A stretch of 64,000 nt of DNA, taken from NCBI GenBank assembly GCA_964057225.1, contig OZ059894.1, positions 11,532,001 through 11,596,000 on the forward strand, in the 5' to 3' direction. Shown piece after piece: positions 12,092 to 25,300 of this stretch. The position numbers were made by a program, and so were the translations under genes. The stretch is from Auanema rhodensis (taxonomy: Eukaryota > Animalia > Nematoda). Each line of letters starts with the position of its first letter. Positions within the stretch are counted from its first letter, which is position 1. The notes under the pieces are model-generated. The model was not told the DNA's origin. It saw only the letters and a list, made by a program, of their open reading frames with translations, and made no database searches.

Positions 12092-12276
12092 ATGGGCCGT
12101 TCCCGCCAGCAGTGCAAGAGCGGGTCGACCCGTGAGGTGGAGCTAGCAAGCCAGCATCTACCTCAAGTCTCAAAAATCGGTTAACCTTATTGTGAACCAA
12201 TGGAACACATATCGAAGGTTAATTCGATAAGAACGATTACTACACTTTGATCTTAGCCAAAAGGCCGAGAAGCGAT
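12092..12276 (-). ncRNA. U2: U2 snRNA (intact, upstream of retroelement copy 1)
   Basis: Copy of 521-705; partly within the 298-bp duplicated target. Confidence 0.96.
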
Positions 12277-12718
12277 ACAGCATAGCCATGAGTATCAAAG
12301 ACATCAAGCAAATGTATCGTACTTGTTACGAGTGCACTCTCTCATTTGAATATAAAAGTGTGGTTTGACAATCTTGACTGTACAGGTCATAAATGGCTCA
12401 TATAAACTGTGGATTTACTCAACTTTTGGACTTATTTTTTTCTTATTCGAAGCGCTGCACTTTTTTCTATTCTTTTTATTCAAATACTTGTATATAGTTT
12501 TATATGTACGGTTGCAAAGTTTCCGAATATTTTATATATTTTTATACAATAATTAGGAGAAGGTTAATACAATGAAATCTCCCAACTTTACAGTGTTTGT
12601 ATTGCTTACAGTATCTAGAACAACCACTCTTGTAATATTAGAGCACATATCAATCAACAACTTTTTCTAGTTATCAAAGCTTTTTTATTTCTTCAAGATA
12701 TTTCAAATAAAATATAAA

Positions 12719-12837
12719 AGCTTACGACACCCGGGATTCCCAAGCCGTCTCCGATCCAAGTACTAACCGGGCCCAACGTTGCTTGACTTGCCAGATCGGA
12801 CGGGATGGCGTACTTTCAACGTGGTATGGTCGTAAGC
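12719..12837 (-). rRNA. 5S: 5S rRNA
   Basis: Array copy. Confidence 0.97.
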
Positions 12838-13078
12838 AATGTTATATTCTTCATTATCAGTTATATCACTCTAAATCTTGTTGTTAATAGTTAGGACCAC
12901 AAAGAAAACAACAGGAACAGTAACAAATGAAATGCCCAAACTTTACAGTGTTCGAGTTATTTACAGTATCTAAGACTACCTCTGTCGTGTTATTAGAGCA
13001 AACATTCGATTAACAACAACTTTTTTTTAGTTATCAAAGCTTTTTTATTTCTTCAAAAAATTTCAAATAAAATATAAA

Positions 13079-13197
13079 AGCTTACGACACCCGGGATTCC
13101 CAAGCCGTCTCCGATCCAAGTACTAACCGGGCCCAACGTTGCTTGACTTGCCAGATCGGACGGGATGGCGTACTTTCAACGTGGTATGGTCGTAAGC
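13079..13197 (-). rRNA. 5S: 5S rRNA
   Basis: Array copy. Confidence 0.97.
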
Positions 13198-14552
13198 AAT
13201 GTCATATTCTTCATTATCAGTTATATCACTCTAAATCTTGTTGTTAATAGATACGACCACAAAGAAAACAACAGGAACAGTAACAATAACAAAAAAAATT
13301 TTTTTTTCACCTATGTGTCTAAAGGTTAGCCATGTATCCGTTTATATATATATATATATATATATATATCAACAGTAAAAAGTCCAATCAAGAGAGAAAT
13401 TTTTTCAACACATAGTTGTTTTTTTTTTAAATATCATTGTTTTTCCTCATAACTCGGTTTAAACTCGTTCTAACCCGTTGAAATACGTCTAGAAAGTCTT
13501 TATAACATGCATATGTATGATAGAACTTCATATTTATTGTAATAGAAAATTTTATTTTCAGACGTCTTGGTTAACAATGATATGTTTTACCCCCTTATAA
13601 TTTTTATCATAATGTTCCTTATACGGAACGCTCAATGAAACTTGCTTCCAGAAAAATTTCTTTCTATTTTTTCTTCATATGTACGTAGATACTATAGAGA
13701 ACTATGATAGAAAACTTTAACATTCACGAAATCATCATTTCTCATTACGCTACGGAGGTTTAAAAAGCTGTGTTTTACCTTATAATAGACCGGAAAACCC
13801 TTGTGTTAAAACTGGACCGTTTTTACACATATAAAAATGTCCCGTATTCGGGACCCTAATGTAACTTTTGATTCCCTATATTTTTTTTCATGAAATTTAC
13901 AATCTACTGTAGAAAGAAGAATTATTTTTATAAAAACTGTAAATTTTTGAAAAATGAAAACAAAACGAAAACAAAAACAACTTTTTTTTGAACATTTTCT
14001 CACACAAGGGTCCCCCCTTACCTACTTTTTTTCTCATTACTCGTTTCAACCTCATCCGATCACTCTGCAAACATGTTTAATCGTTCTAACTTGTTGAAAT
14101 ACGTCTTAAAAGTCTAAACAACATGCATATGCATAATAGAAACCACCCGAATAGGCCCCCACGCACTAAACGAGATATATACATTACCAGTATAGTAATA
14201 GAACACATATTGAAGATTAATTCGATAAGAACAATTTATTGACGTAGAGAATGTTTGTTCCGAAAAACTACAATATTAAACTATAAAAGTAACAAAAGCG
14301 TAGAGGCAGCAAAGACATGAATAAACATAAATGTAAATACAGAATTACCAGGTAGTACATAAGTATGACAAAAAATTATAAGAAAGCCATGAAAATAGAA
14401 GGTTTGTGAACAAATGAGAGGTACATCTTTGATCGTATAGTCATTTCTAAACCGTTCGTATGCTGCAGCATCGTCATAAGCTTCACTCAAGTTGAATTTC
14501 CATGTGTACTACACGATTTTCATTCTTATTGTTACATTCTTTCCCTGAGGGA

Positions 14553-14737
14553 ATGGGCCGTTCCCGCCAGCAGTGCAAGAGCGGGTCGACCCGTGAGGTG
14601 GAGCTAGCAAGCCAGCATCTACCTCAAGTCTCAAAAATCGGTTAACCTTATTGTGAACCAATGGAACACATATCGAAGGTTAATTCGATAAGAACGATTA
14701 CTACACTTTGATCTTAGCCAAAAGGCCGAGAAGCGAT
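14553..14737 (-). ncRNA. U2: U2 snRNA
   Basis: Copy of 521-705. Confidence 0.96.
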
Positions 14738-15179
14738 ACAGCATAGCCATGAGTATCAAAGACATCAAGCAAATGTATCGTACTTGTTACGAGTGCACTC
14801 TCTCATTTGAATATAAAAGTGTGGTTTGACAATCTTGACTGTACAGGTCATAAATGGCTCATATAAACTGTGGATTTACTCAACTTTTGGACTTATTTTT
14901 TTCTTATTCGAAGCGCTGCACTTTTTTCTATTCTTTTTATTCAAATACTTGTATATAGTTTTATATGTACGGTTGCAAAGTTTCCGAATATTTTATATAT
15001 TTTTATACAATAATTAGGAGAAGGTTAATACAATGAAATCTCCCAACTTTACAGTGTTTGTATTGCTTACAGTATCTAGAACAACCACTCTTGTAATATT
15101 AGAGCACATATCAATCAACAACTTTTTCTAGTTATCAAAGCTTTTTTATTTCTTCAAGATATTTCAAATAAAATATAAA

Positions 15180-15298
15180 AGCTTACGACACCCGGGATTC
15201 CCAAGCCGTCTCCGATCCAAGTACTAACCGGGCCCAACGTTGCTTGACTTGCCAGATCGGACGGGATGGCGTACTTTCAACGTGGTATGGTCGTAAGC
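15180..15298 (-). rRNA. 5S: 5S rRNA
   Basis: Array copy. Confidence 0.97.
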
Positions 15299-15539
15299 AA
15301 TGTTATATTCTTCATTATCAGTTATATCACTCTAAATCTTGTTGTTAATAGTTAGGACCACAAAGAAAACAACAGGAACAGTAACAAATGAAATGCCCAA
15401 ACTTTACAGTGTTCGAGTTATTTACAGTATCTAAGACTACCTCTGTCGTGTTATTAGAGCAAACATTCGATTAACAACAACTTTTTTTTAGTTATCAAAG
15501 CTTTTTTATTTCTTCAAAAAATTTCAAATAAAATATAAA

Positions 15540-15658
15540 AGCTTACGACACCCGGGATTCCCAAGCCGTCTCCGATCCAAGTACTAACCGGGCCCAACGT
15601 TGCTTGACTTGCCAGATCGGACGGGATGGCGTACTTTCAACGTGGTATGGTCGTAAGC
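15540..15658 (-). rRNA. 5S: 5S rRNA
   Basis: Array copy. Confidence 0.97.
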
Positions 15659-15800
15659 AATGTCATATTCTTCATTATCAGTTATATCACTCTAAATCTT
15701 GTTGTTAATAGATACGACCACAAAGAAAACAACAGGAACAGTAACAATAACAAAAAAAATTTTTTTTTCACCTATGTGTCTAAAGGTTAGCCATGTATCC

Positions 15801-15846
<46 letters not shown>

Positions 15847-17027
15847 ACAGTAAAAAGTCCAATCAAGAGAGAAATTTTTTCAACACATAGTTGTTTTTTT
15901 TTTAAATATCATTGTTTTTCCTCATAACTCGGTTTAAACTCGTTCTAACCCGTTGAAATACGTCTAGAAAGTCTTTATAACATGCATATGTATGATAGAA
16001 CTTCATATTTATTGTAATAGAAAATTTTATTTTCAGACGTCTTGGTTAACAATGATATGTTTTACCCCCTTATAATTTTTATCATAATGTTCCTTATACG
16101 GAACGCTCAATGAAACTTGCTTCCAGAAAAATTTCTTTCTATTTTTTCTTCATATGTACGTAGATACTATAGAGAACTATGATAGAAAACTTTAACATTC
16201 ACGAAATCATCATTTCTCATTACGCTACGGAGGTTTAAAAAGCTGTGTTTTACCTTATAATAGACCGGAAAACCCTTGTGTTAAAACTGGACCGTTTTTA
16301 CACATATAAAAATGTCCCGTATTCGGGACCCTAATGTAACTTTTGATTCCCTATATTTTTTTTCATGAAATTTACAATCTACTGTAGAAAGAAGAATTAT
16401 TTTTATAAAAACTGTAAATTTTTGAAAAATGAAAACAAAACGAAAACAAAAACAACTTTTTTTTGAACATTTTCTCACACAAGGGTCCCCCCTTACCTAC
16501 TTTTTTTCTCATTACTCGTTTCAACCTCATCCGATCACTCTGCAAACATGTTTAATCGTTCTAACTTGTTGAAATACGTCTTAAAAGTCTAAACAACATG
16601 CATATGCATAATAGAAACCACCCGAATAGGCCCCCACGCACTAAACGAGATATATACATTACCAGTATAGTAATAGAACACATATTGAAGATTAATTCGA
16701 TAAGAACAATTTATTGACGTAGAGAATGTTTGTTCCGAAAAACTACAATATTAAACTATAAAAGTAACAAAAGCGTAGAGGCAGCAAAGACATGAATAAA
16801 CATAAATGTAAATACAGAATTACCAGGTAGTACATAAGTATGACAAAAAATTATAAGAAAGCCATGAAAATAGAAGGTTTGTGAACAAATGAGAGGTACA
16901 TCTTTGATCGTATAGTCATTTCTAAACCGTTCGTATGCTGCAGCATCGTCATAAGCGTCACTCAAGTTGAATTTCCATGTGTACTACACGATTTTCATTC
17001 TTATTGTTACATTCTTTCCCTGAGGGA

Positions 17028-17212
17028 ATGGGCCGTTCCCGCCAGCAGTGCAAGAGCGGGTCGACCCGTGAGGTGGAGCTAGCAAGCCAGCATCTACCTC
17101 AAGTCTCAAAAATCGGTTAACCTTATTGTGAACCAATGGAACACATATCGAAGGTTAATTCGATAAGAACGATTACTACACTTTGATCTTAGCCAAAAGG
17201 CCGAGAAGCGAT
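17028..17212 (-). ncRNA. U2: U2 snRNA
   Basis: Copy of 521-705. Confidence 0.96.
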
Positions 17213-17654
17213 ACAGCATAGCCATGAGTATCAAAGACATCAAGCAAATGTATCGTACTTGTTACGAGTGCACTCTCTCATTTGAATATAAAAGTGTGGT
17301 TTGACAATCTTGACTGTACAGGTCATAAATGGCTCATATAAACTGTGGATTTACTCAACTTTTGGACTTATTTTTTTCTTATTCGAAGCGCTGCACTTTT
17401 TTCTATTCTTTTTATTCAAATACTTGTATATAGTTTTATATGTACGGTTGCAAAGTTTCCGAATATTTTATATATTTTTATACAATAATTAGGAGAAGGT
17501 TAATACAATGAAATCTCCCAACTTTACAGTGTTTGTATTGCTTACAGTATCTAGAACAACCACTCTTGTAATATTAGAGCACATATCAATCAACAACTTT
17601 TTCTAGTTATCAAAGCTTTTTTATTTCTTCAAGATATTTCAAATAAAATATAAA

Positions 17655-17773
17655 AGCTTACGACACCCGGGATTCCCAAGCCGTCTCCGATCCAAGTACT
17701 AACCGGGCCCAACGTTGCTTGACTTGCCAGATCGGACGGGATGGCGTACTTTCAACGTGGTATGGTCGTAAGC
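17655..17773 (-). rRNA. 5S: 5S rRNA (LTR element inserted ~56-59 bp upstream)
   Basis: Array copy. Confidence 0.97.
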
Positions 17774-17832
17774 AATGTTATATTCTTCATTATCAGTTAT
17801 ATCACTCTAAATCTTGTTGTTAATAGTTAGGA

Positions 17833-18249
17833 CGTTCCATTTAGATTCCCAATGGTTCCAAGTTGAGATATCCAAACAGACTATGAGACGATGAGTATGA
17901 TTTTAAATATAAGTGTGTAATGTAAGGTGAAATAAGAAACAAGAGATGAAATATATAAAGGTTTATTGTTCGCATTATAATATAATTATACAAAGATTAA
18001 AGCTAGAGTTAAGAAAGAGAATATAAAGAAGATAAAGAGAAAGTAAGATAATGAGATAATGAGATGCCTGAGTCTTGAGGACTCAGGTTTATATATCCAT
18101 ACAACTCCTACTCAGTTTACACAAATTGTTACAAAGCTTATAAAAAGTGCATCTAGAATATTCTCAGAATTGCTTAAAAACTATCTGCATTAGTTTAATA
18201 ATAGCAGCTGCCATGGTCAGCTGCTTTCCTTTGAGATATGTATGTAACA
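17833..18249 (-). repeat. 3' LTR (417 bp)
   Basis: Identical by eye to 29759-30175. Minus strand has TATATAAA at 18088-18095 and AATAAA at 17962-17967. Confidence 0.97.
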
Positions 18250-18453
18250 TGCCCCAACGGATACAAGTCAGCTGACCTCAGCTGTTATATGCAAATAATA
18301 ATTAAGAGAGAAAAATAAAAAATAAAATAAAAAAAAATAATAAAATGGCATGAGATAAAGCAAAATTTTTTTTTTTTTTCAACAAACTATTGATAAAGAG
18401 AAAAATTTTAAGAGATAGAATTTTATAAATGATTTAAACCTTTCCTCTCTTCT

Positions 18454-19098
18454 TTAATCCGCCAGTTGGTCAATTTCCTGGATCATTTCCGTCATTGATG
18501 CTAGTCCAAGCAGCTCCATTGTTCTGATGGTTTGGCTAACTGCTTTTGCCTTACTTTTTGATGCGGACGTGTTGGTAGTCCTTTTTGTCAGTAGTTTTTC
18601 GATTACTACTGATAGGTCTTGCCCTATCTCTATCCACGATGCTTCTTCTTCGGTTCCGCTATTTCCTACAGCTTGTTGTGTCATCTGTGTTGTCCACGTC
18701 GGCATTGCTTTGTAGATGTCAGCTGTGGTCTGCGTTCTGGCGGGTTGTCCCAGCATTATGTGTCGGATTCTGTTCTCTTTCTGGCTGAGAGAACATCCTT
18801 CTGTCCATTTCTTTTGATGCTGGCGAAGCTCCTTCAGATCGTTTTCCTTATAGTTTTTGGTTTTCTCCTCCAATAGTTCCATCATAAATAGGATGTGCTG
18901 TGTCTTCTTTTCCAATTTGCTCGTTTGGAGGCTTATTATTGGTCCTAAGTTGGGCTTCATGCAGTTGATAGGTAGAAGACCTTCACGGAGGTTTTCTACC
19001 TCTATCCATTCTTGTTCAATAGTGGTCGCTAGAGGGACCAGTGGTGTTGGAGTTGCGAGGAATGTAGAGAGTGTGACGTTGGCGAGAGAGGAGGTCAT
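18454..19098 (-). CDS. Orphan accessory ORF of the LTR element (214 aa from ATG), helical/coiled-coil-like
   Basis: 645-bp open frame in AT-rich DNA, same strand as pol, between pol and the 3' LTR; no recognisable motif. Confidence 0.65.
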   Translation of the reverse strand: MTSSLANVTLSTFLATPTPLVPLATTIEQEWIEVENLREGLLPINCMKPNLGPIISLQTSKLEKKTQHILFMMELLEEKTKNYKENDLKELRQHQKKWTEGCSLSQKENRIRHIMLGQPARTQTTADIYKAMPTWTTQMTQQAVGNSGTEEEASWIEIGQDLSVVIEKLLTKRTTNTSASKSKAKAVSQTIRTMELLGLASMTEMIQEIDQLAD

Positions 19099-19301
19099 TT
19101 TGAGTAAGAAAAGTGTTATTGAATTTTTCTCTATCAAAATTTTCTCTTTATATAGTTTGTTTTTCAGTGATTGTTACAATTTGTTAAAATTAAAGGATAG
19201 AAATTAGAATTTCGGTGGTTTTTGATCTATGTCTTATGTTTAATGTACTATACGAAAGAAAGAAAAATTATTTTTACAATTCTACGATTTTTGTTAGTTA
19301 A

Positions 19302-22300
19302 TTAAAAGTTTCGTACTTGTTCTCCTTTGTTTTGCGTTGGAGATTTATTCTGCTGCTTTTTGCTTTGATCCGCTTTTCCATGTAGTTCCAATTCTCCATT
19401 ACTTCTGATTTCTTCGTCTTGTGTTTTTCTTTTGGGTTGTAGTTTAACATGATACGGGCGTGAGTTTTCATTTCCTATTCCTAGTGCTGCGGCAAGTGTA
19501 GTGTTCCAATTTTTGATTGCTGGTGAGTTTTTGTTTCTGTCCTCAAATAGCTCCTTTCTGTTTTCATTCTTGAATTGATCTCGTAGCTTTTCGTATGTTT
19601 TTGCGTTATTATCTTCTATATCGTTTTGATTAGGACCTTCTTCTTGAGAGAAAGGTGTCAGCTGTCTGAGGTCCTCTTGAATTTTGTCGATTGTTGTTGA
19701 TTCATTTTCTAATTGTATATTAGAATTTGTTATTCTTCTTGCTGTAGCAAGGTCGTCAGGTGTTTCTGAATTATGTTCAATTTCTTCTTCGTTTATTCCT
19801 CTGTTATTCCCTGTGATAGGTAACAGTTGCGCGAGAGTATCTGGACTGCCTGTTGGGTAACAGTTGTTGTTATTTTCCGTATTATTGGTTTGTTCCCATT
19901 CATCCAGATTATTCCAACTTGCTTCTTCTTCTTCTTCTTCTTCGTTTGCTATGTCTTGGTCTTCTTCTTCCTCTTCTTCATTATTTCTTGTTGATATAAG
20001 ATTATCGTCTGGTGGAAAATAACGTATGTTATTTTTGTGAGCTTTTATAATATTTCCATCTTGGTCCGTTATGCTGATGTTGTTTCCTTCAATTGTCACT
20101 ATCCGGTAAGGTCCATCTCTTCGTATTTGTAATTTGTTGCTTGGGTTCGCTCTTTGTACAAATACTCGATCTCCTATATCTAATATTCTTTCTTTTGTCC
20201 TATGTGCTTGATCGTATTTCTGCTTCATTCTTTCTTCATTGGTGGCAATCTTTTCCTTGACTTTTTCTTGAATATCTCTTAAGTTTTTGAGCTGATCCGT
20301 GGTATTTTGTTCTTCCGGTGTTTCCAAGTTTTTGTCAATGGGTAGACGTGCTACTTGTCCAAACAAACATTCGTATGGTGATGTTTTAGTGGTGGCGTTT
20401 GGTAATCTGTTGAGTGTAAAAATAATCTTCGGAAGTATCTTATCCCAATCGTTTTGTTCGTCATTAACGTAGGCTGTTAATGCTTCTTCGATCGTCCGAT
20501 GCAATCTTTCTACTTGTCCGTTAGCGTTTTTGTAATACGGCATAGTAGTGTGGTGTGTAGTTCCAAAATTACTGCACATAGTAGTGAAATCGTTTGAAAT
20601 AAAATTAGATCCATTGTCTGTGATGATAGTGACAGGTGGTCCAAAAACATAGAAGAGATATTTTTCGATAGCTGATATAATTTCTCCTGATGTTTGTCTG
20701 ATTAGCGGAATTGCGATAATCCATTTTGAAAAAGAATCTTGAATTGAAAGAACATATCTGTTTTCTTGTTCTGTCCTAGGTAATGGTCCGAGTATATCCA
20801 TGTGTACTCTTTGCCATGGTTTTGTTGATGTTGGAAAATTTTTCATTGGTTCCACCGTTGCTTCGTGAGGATTGTTCTTTCTTTTTGCACAAGCAAGACA
20901 TCTGTTGATGTAGTTTGTAATGTCTTCTTGCATTCCAGTCCATGTAAATCGTCTTGATATTGAGTCCATTGTTTTGTTTATTCCTAGATGAGCTCCGAGT
21001 GTCGGATCTTCATGAAATTTCTTCATAATTGGATTAATTATGTGTTCTTCTCGTGGTAAAATTGTTCGTGGTACTTGTAGGCTTCTTTTTGGTTTTGAGT
21101 ATAGTACATCGTTGTACACAATATATCTGTCCGTCAGTTGTCGTCCAGCTGTATTGTTCTTTATTTTATCCATAGTTTCTTTTATCCAATTTGATTGATT
21201 CTGAACTGATCGAATATCTGCTATCGTGAAGGTGTTTATCTGATGAATAGTATCTTCCGTCGTTTTTCTTTCGTTTTTCTTCTTTGCTGGTGGTTTTGCT
21301 TCGTTGATTTCATCTTCAAAATATCGTGATAATGCGTCACATACACTGTTTAATTTTCCTGGTCTGTAGATAATTTCAATATCGTATTCTTGTAAAACAA
21401 TTTGAAATTTTGCTAAACGACCTATTAAATCCTTTCTAGTCATTAAACTAGTGAGTGGTCTATGGTCCGTGATAATTTTGGTTGCTGTTCCTAGTATGTA
21501 GGTGCGAAATTGTTTGACGGCGAATGTAAGAGCTAATGCTTCTACTTCTATTGGTGGATAATTCCTTTCAGCTTTGTTGAGTTTCCGACTAGCAAAAGCT
21601 ATTGGATGTAATGGTTCTTGATCGTCTTTCGCTTGAAGTAGTACAGCGCCAACTGCTATCATACTTCCATCACTTTCAATAACATATGGTCGCTTCGGGA
21701 TTGGTGCTTGTAACACAGGTGCTTGAGTCAATGTTTTCTTCAAAGTATTAAAAGCAATTTCTTCTTCTTCTGTCCATTTGAATGGAGTGTCTTTCCGAGT
21801 GAGGTTGTAGAGTGGTGTTGCTATTCCTGCAGCGTTCTTTATGAACCTTCTGAAGTAGTTTACTACTCCCATGAAAGCTCTTACTCCTGTTGTTGATTTT
21901 GGTTGGGGATAATCTTGTATTGCCTTAATTTTATGTGGGTCCGGTTTAATTCCTTCTTGTCCAACTATGTATCCTAGAAATTTTACTTCCTTTCTTGCGA
22001 ATGCGCATTTCTTCAGTTTTATTTTGAATCCTATTTGAGTTACTGCTTCCAAAACTTCTTCAATATCTTTTAAATGTGCTGTCGTAGATTCAGAGATTAA
22101 CAGTAAATCATCTAGATATACGAATAGCTTGCATTTAACCATTGATTGCAGGTATCGTACTGCGTTTTGAAAAGTATGGGGTGATCCACATAATCCCATC
22201 GGCATTCGACAATATTGATAAGTTCCACTTGTTGTTGTGAAAGCTGTAAGATGACGATCTTCTTTCTTAAGAGGTATTTGGAAAAATCCAGATACTAAAT

Positions 22301-25300
22301 CAAAGTTGCTGAAGATCCTTGCTCCAGCGGCCAAATCTAGGATGTCCTGTATGTTTGATATGACATATACTTGTTTCTGAGTGATTGCATTCAGAGCTCG
22401 AAAGTCCGTTACAAATCTATAAGTTTTGTCTTTCTTCTTCACCAAAATTACTGGACTAGTTGTCATTGAGTTTGATGGTTCAATGATTCTTTGTTGTAGC
22501 ATTTCTTCTATTTGTTTCTCCACTTCTTCTTGTTGGGAGAGTGGTATACGATAAGTAATTTTGAATGATGGTGTTTTTCCTGGCATGATTGGAATGGAGT
22601 GTTCAATTGGTCCTAGGAAGAGTCCGATATTTCTATCTTCGTTGAGAAACGCTTGTTTATGTAGTAAAATTATTTCTTTCAGTTGCTGTTGTTCGATTTG
22701 TGAGAAGCAGGCTTCTGAAAGGTCAAGCTCATTGATGAAATTGTCTGGAAAATATGGCAGTTGCTCTTCCCATCGAGCTTCCGGAGGTATGTATTGTCCT
22801 TCGTATTTTTCTTGGTTGTCCTTTGGTATCGCTTCTGCTATCCCTATTTCTTGGTTCATTTGAATTTCGAGTGGCTGTTTGCATATGTTCGTCGCGTAAA
22901 TTTGTACTCCGTATCCAGTGGGCGTAAATATAGTAGGCGTGAAAGAGAGTTTGTTGCCTGGTTTCTTACAATCTAGAAACGCCTGTTCATAGCTTTCTGG
23001 ATCGTGTACTTCTAGCGTGAGCGTTCTTGTTTCTCCTGGTCTTAGCGTTTTGTTTTCTAAGCTAACCACATATGCTTTTGTGGTCTGGTGTTCCCACGGA
23101 GATGTTTCTCGTGCTAGTGGAACATGTGTTGTGCCGATAACAATTGTTTTATCCAGCGGTCGAAGTGAGGTGTAAATTCCTTGTTGATGTAATGCTTCCA
23201 TGAAGTCTATTCCAAGTAACACTGGTGCTGGACAGTAGTTATCTTCTGCTACATAAAATTTGTGTTCTGTTTCTGTTGTTCCTATTGTTATGAGGATCCT
23301 TGTGTATCCCATAAATGAGAATTTAGATTTATTCGCGACTATCGCTGTTGTTTGTTTTAGTACCATCGTTGCAGCGGGCAGTTGTTTGAAGGTGGATTCT
23401 CGCATGTATGATGCTGATGCTCCCGTGTCCCATAGTGCCTTAAAGATGTGATTGTGGATTGAAATCGGGACAAACGGTAATTGTGATCCTCCTATGTAGT
23501 TTATGTTTTCTTTCTTCATGCTTGTAGGGAAATAAGCTTCATAAATGTGTTCAGGAATTGGTGCTGAAGGATCATACAATGTGAGTTGACAGCTGTTGTG
23601 ATGGTTGTCGACGTATGGAGCGGACGGAGAAGGATGAGATGTTTCTGTTCTTGTGTTCTCAGTTGATAGTGGTTGTAAGTATTCTGCTTCCCATTTGACA
23701 TTGTTGATGGGTATCCTTGAACTACATGCGTATATTTTTATTATCCAGGTGGCGAGTGTGATTATGCCAATTGTTATGATGATTGATCCAATGATAGCAA
23801 GTACGCGTAGTGTCCAGGTTTGAATCTTTTCCCATATTGGTGACAGAAAGTCAAACATTTTCCAAGTTATAGCTTCTTTTGTATGTTCGTAGCTGAGTAG
23901 TAAGCTGCTGGCTGCTCCTGCTGTTAGGGTAACAGGGTTCATGTTAGGAATTAATCTTTGTTTGATTACAGGTTTTATTCTTCCTGGTAAAGTAGCCTGT
24001 AGCGTTGCTAAGCTGGATCCATATGATATTGCTAGTGCCATAGGAAACGTTGATTCTGTTAGATTGTTGAAAATGTTGCTTCCATTAAACTTGATATGTT
24101 CTAGGTTGATTGATCCTAACTCGTCGATGTATGCTGGTGATGTTACATTTATTGATTGGTTATTATTAGTCCATTGATCGTTTTCTTTCCAGGGATCCTT
24201 GATTGTGAATCCGCATGGTATGGCATGTGCCATCGGTGTGAGGTCTCTTGTACCTGGTAGGATGAACAGTTGGCCGTGATGTTCCGTTTCGACTGGGGTT
24301 TCCAGGAAACACGTGCTGTTGACTTTGTGATCGCGGTATGTTTTTGTAATTTGAATTGGTGTGCATGGCATTACATAAATTAGTTTATCATTTATGAATC
24401 TTGCAGATATATCCTGTCGTCGTAGCATTGTACGCATCCCTATAGTAGGATTTATTTGAAGAATAGCCCACCAGGTAAGTAGTTGTTTATTTTGTACGTG
24501 GCAGATGTTGTTTCTGTTTGTTGTGAACGTACGTATGATATCATCTTCCAGATTGGTAGTGGCATATTGTAGATGAGATTGCGTTTCTTGTTGATGAAGA
24601 TGTTCATTCCATTTTTGGACGATATCGTTCTTAGCTTTAAGGTAGTCTACGTGAGCTTTCTTACCAATATGTGATGATATTTCTTCAGGTGTGCTGCGAG
24701 TGGTAGTGATAGATCTTTTTGTAGTTCTTGGAGGCGGTGACTTGGTGAGTGATTCTTTCCTATTGTATTCCTGGCTTGAGGTGATCGTGATTGGGTTTGT
24801 AGTAATATTGAATGTAGATTGGGGGGTGGAGAATGATTGTGTTGGTCGATGAGTGGTGAATATAGTTGTGGTTGTTGTAGGTGTTGTGGTTGTTGTTGAT
24901 CTGGGTCTAGCAGTAGTAGAAGTAGTAGTAGTAGTAGTGGTAGTAGTAGTAGTAGTTGATGAAGACGTGGGTATTGTTGGTTTGGGTCTAGTTGTTGTGG
25001 ATATATGTGTTTTGGGTGTGATTGTCGAAGTGATGACGTTCCTTATGGTTGTAGGCTTAGGGGTCGTGGTAGTGGTTGTAGTAGTAGTTTGTAGGGGGGT
25101 CGAAGTGCTTCTAATTGTGGTTGCAAAAGGTCGTGTTCCGGGAGTACTGATAAGGGGTAGATAATGATTATAAAATTTTTCACTATCCTCTTGTGTAATG
25201 CTATAATTTGTAGGATTTCTTTTCCGGGAGCCGTAGAATATATCGTCGCCATCGAAGATAACTGTGTAGTTTGGCAGTTGTAATGGTGGTAAGTTCAGTT

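Noticed and set aside
24853-25164. Val-rich ORF resembling a membrane protein
   Set aside because: Antisense reading of the Thr-rich mucin-like codons.
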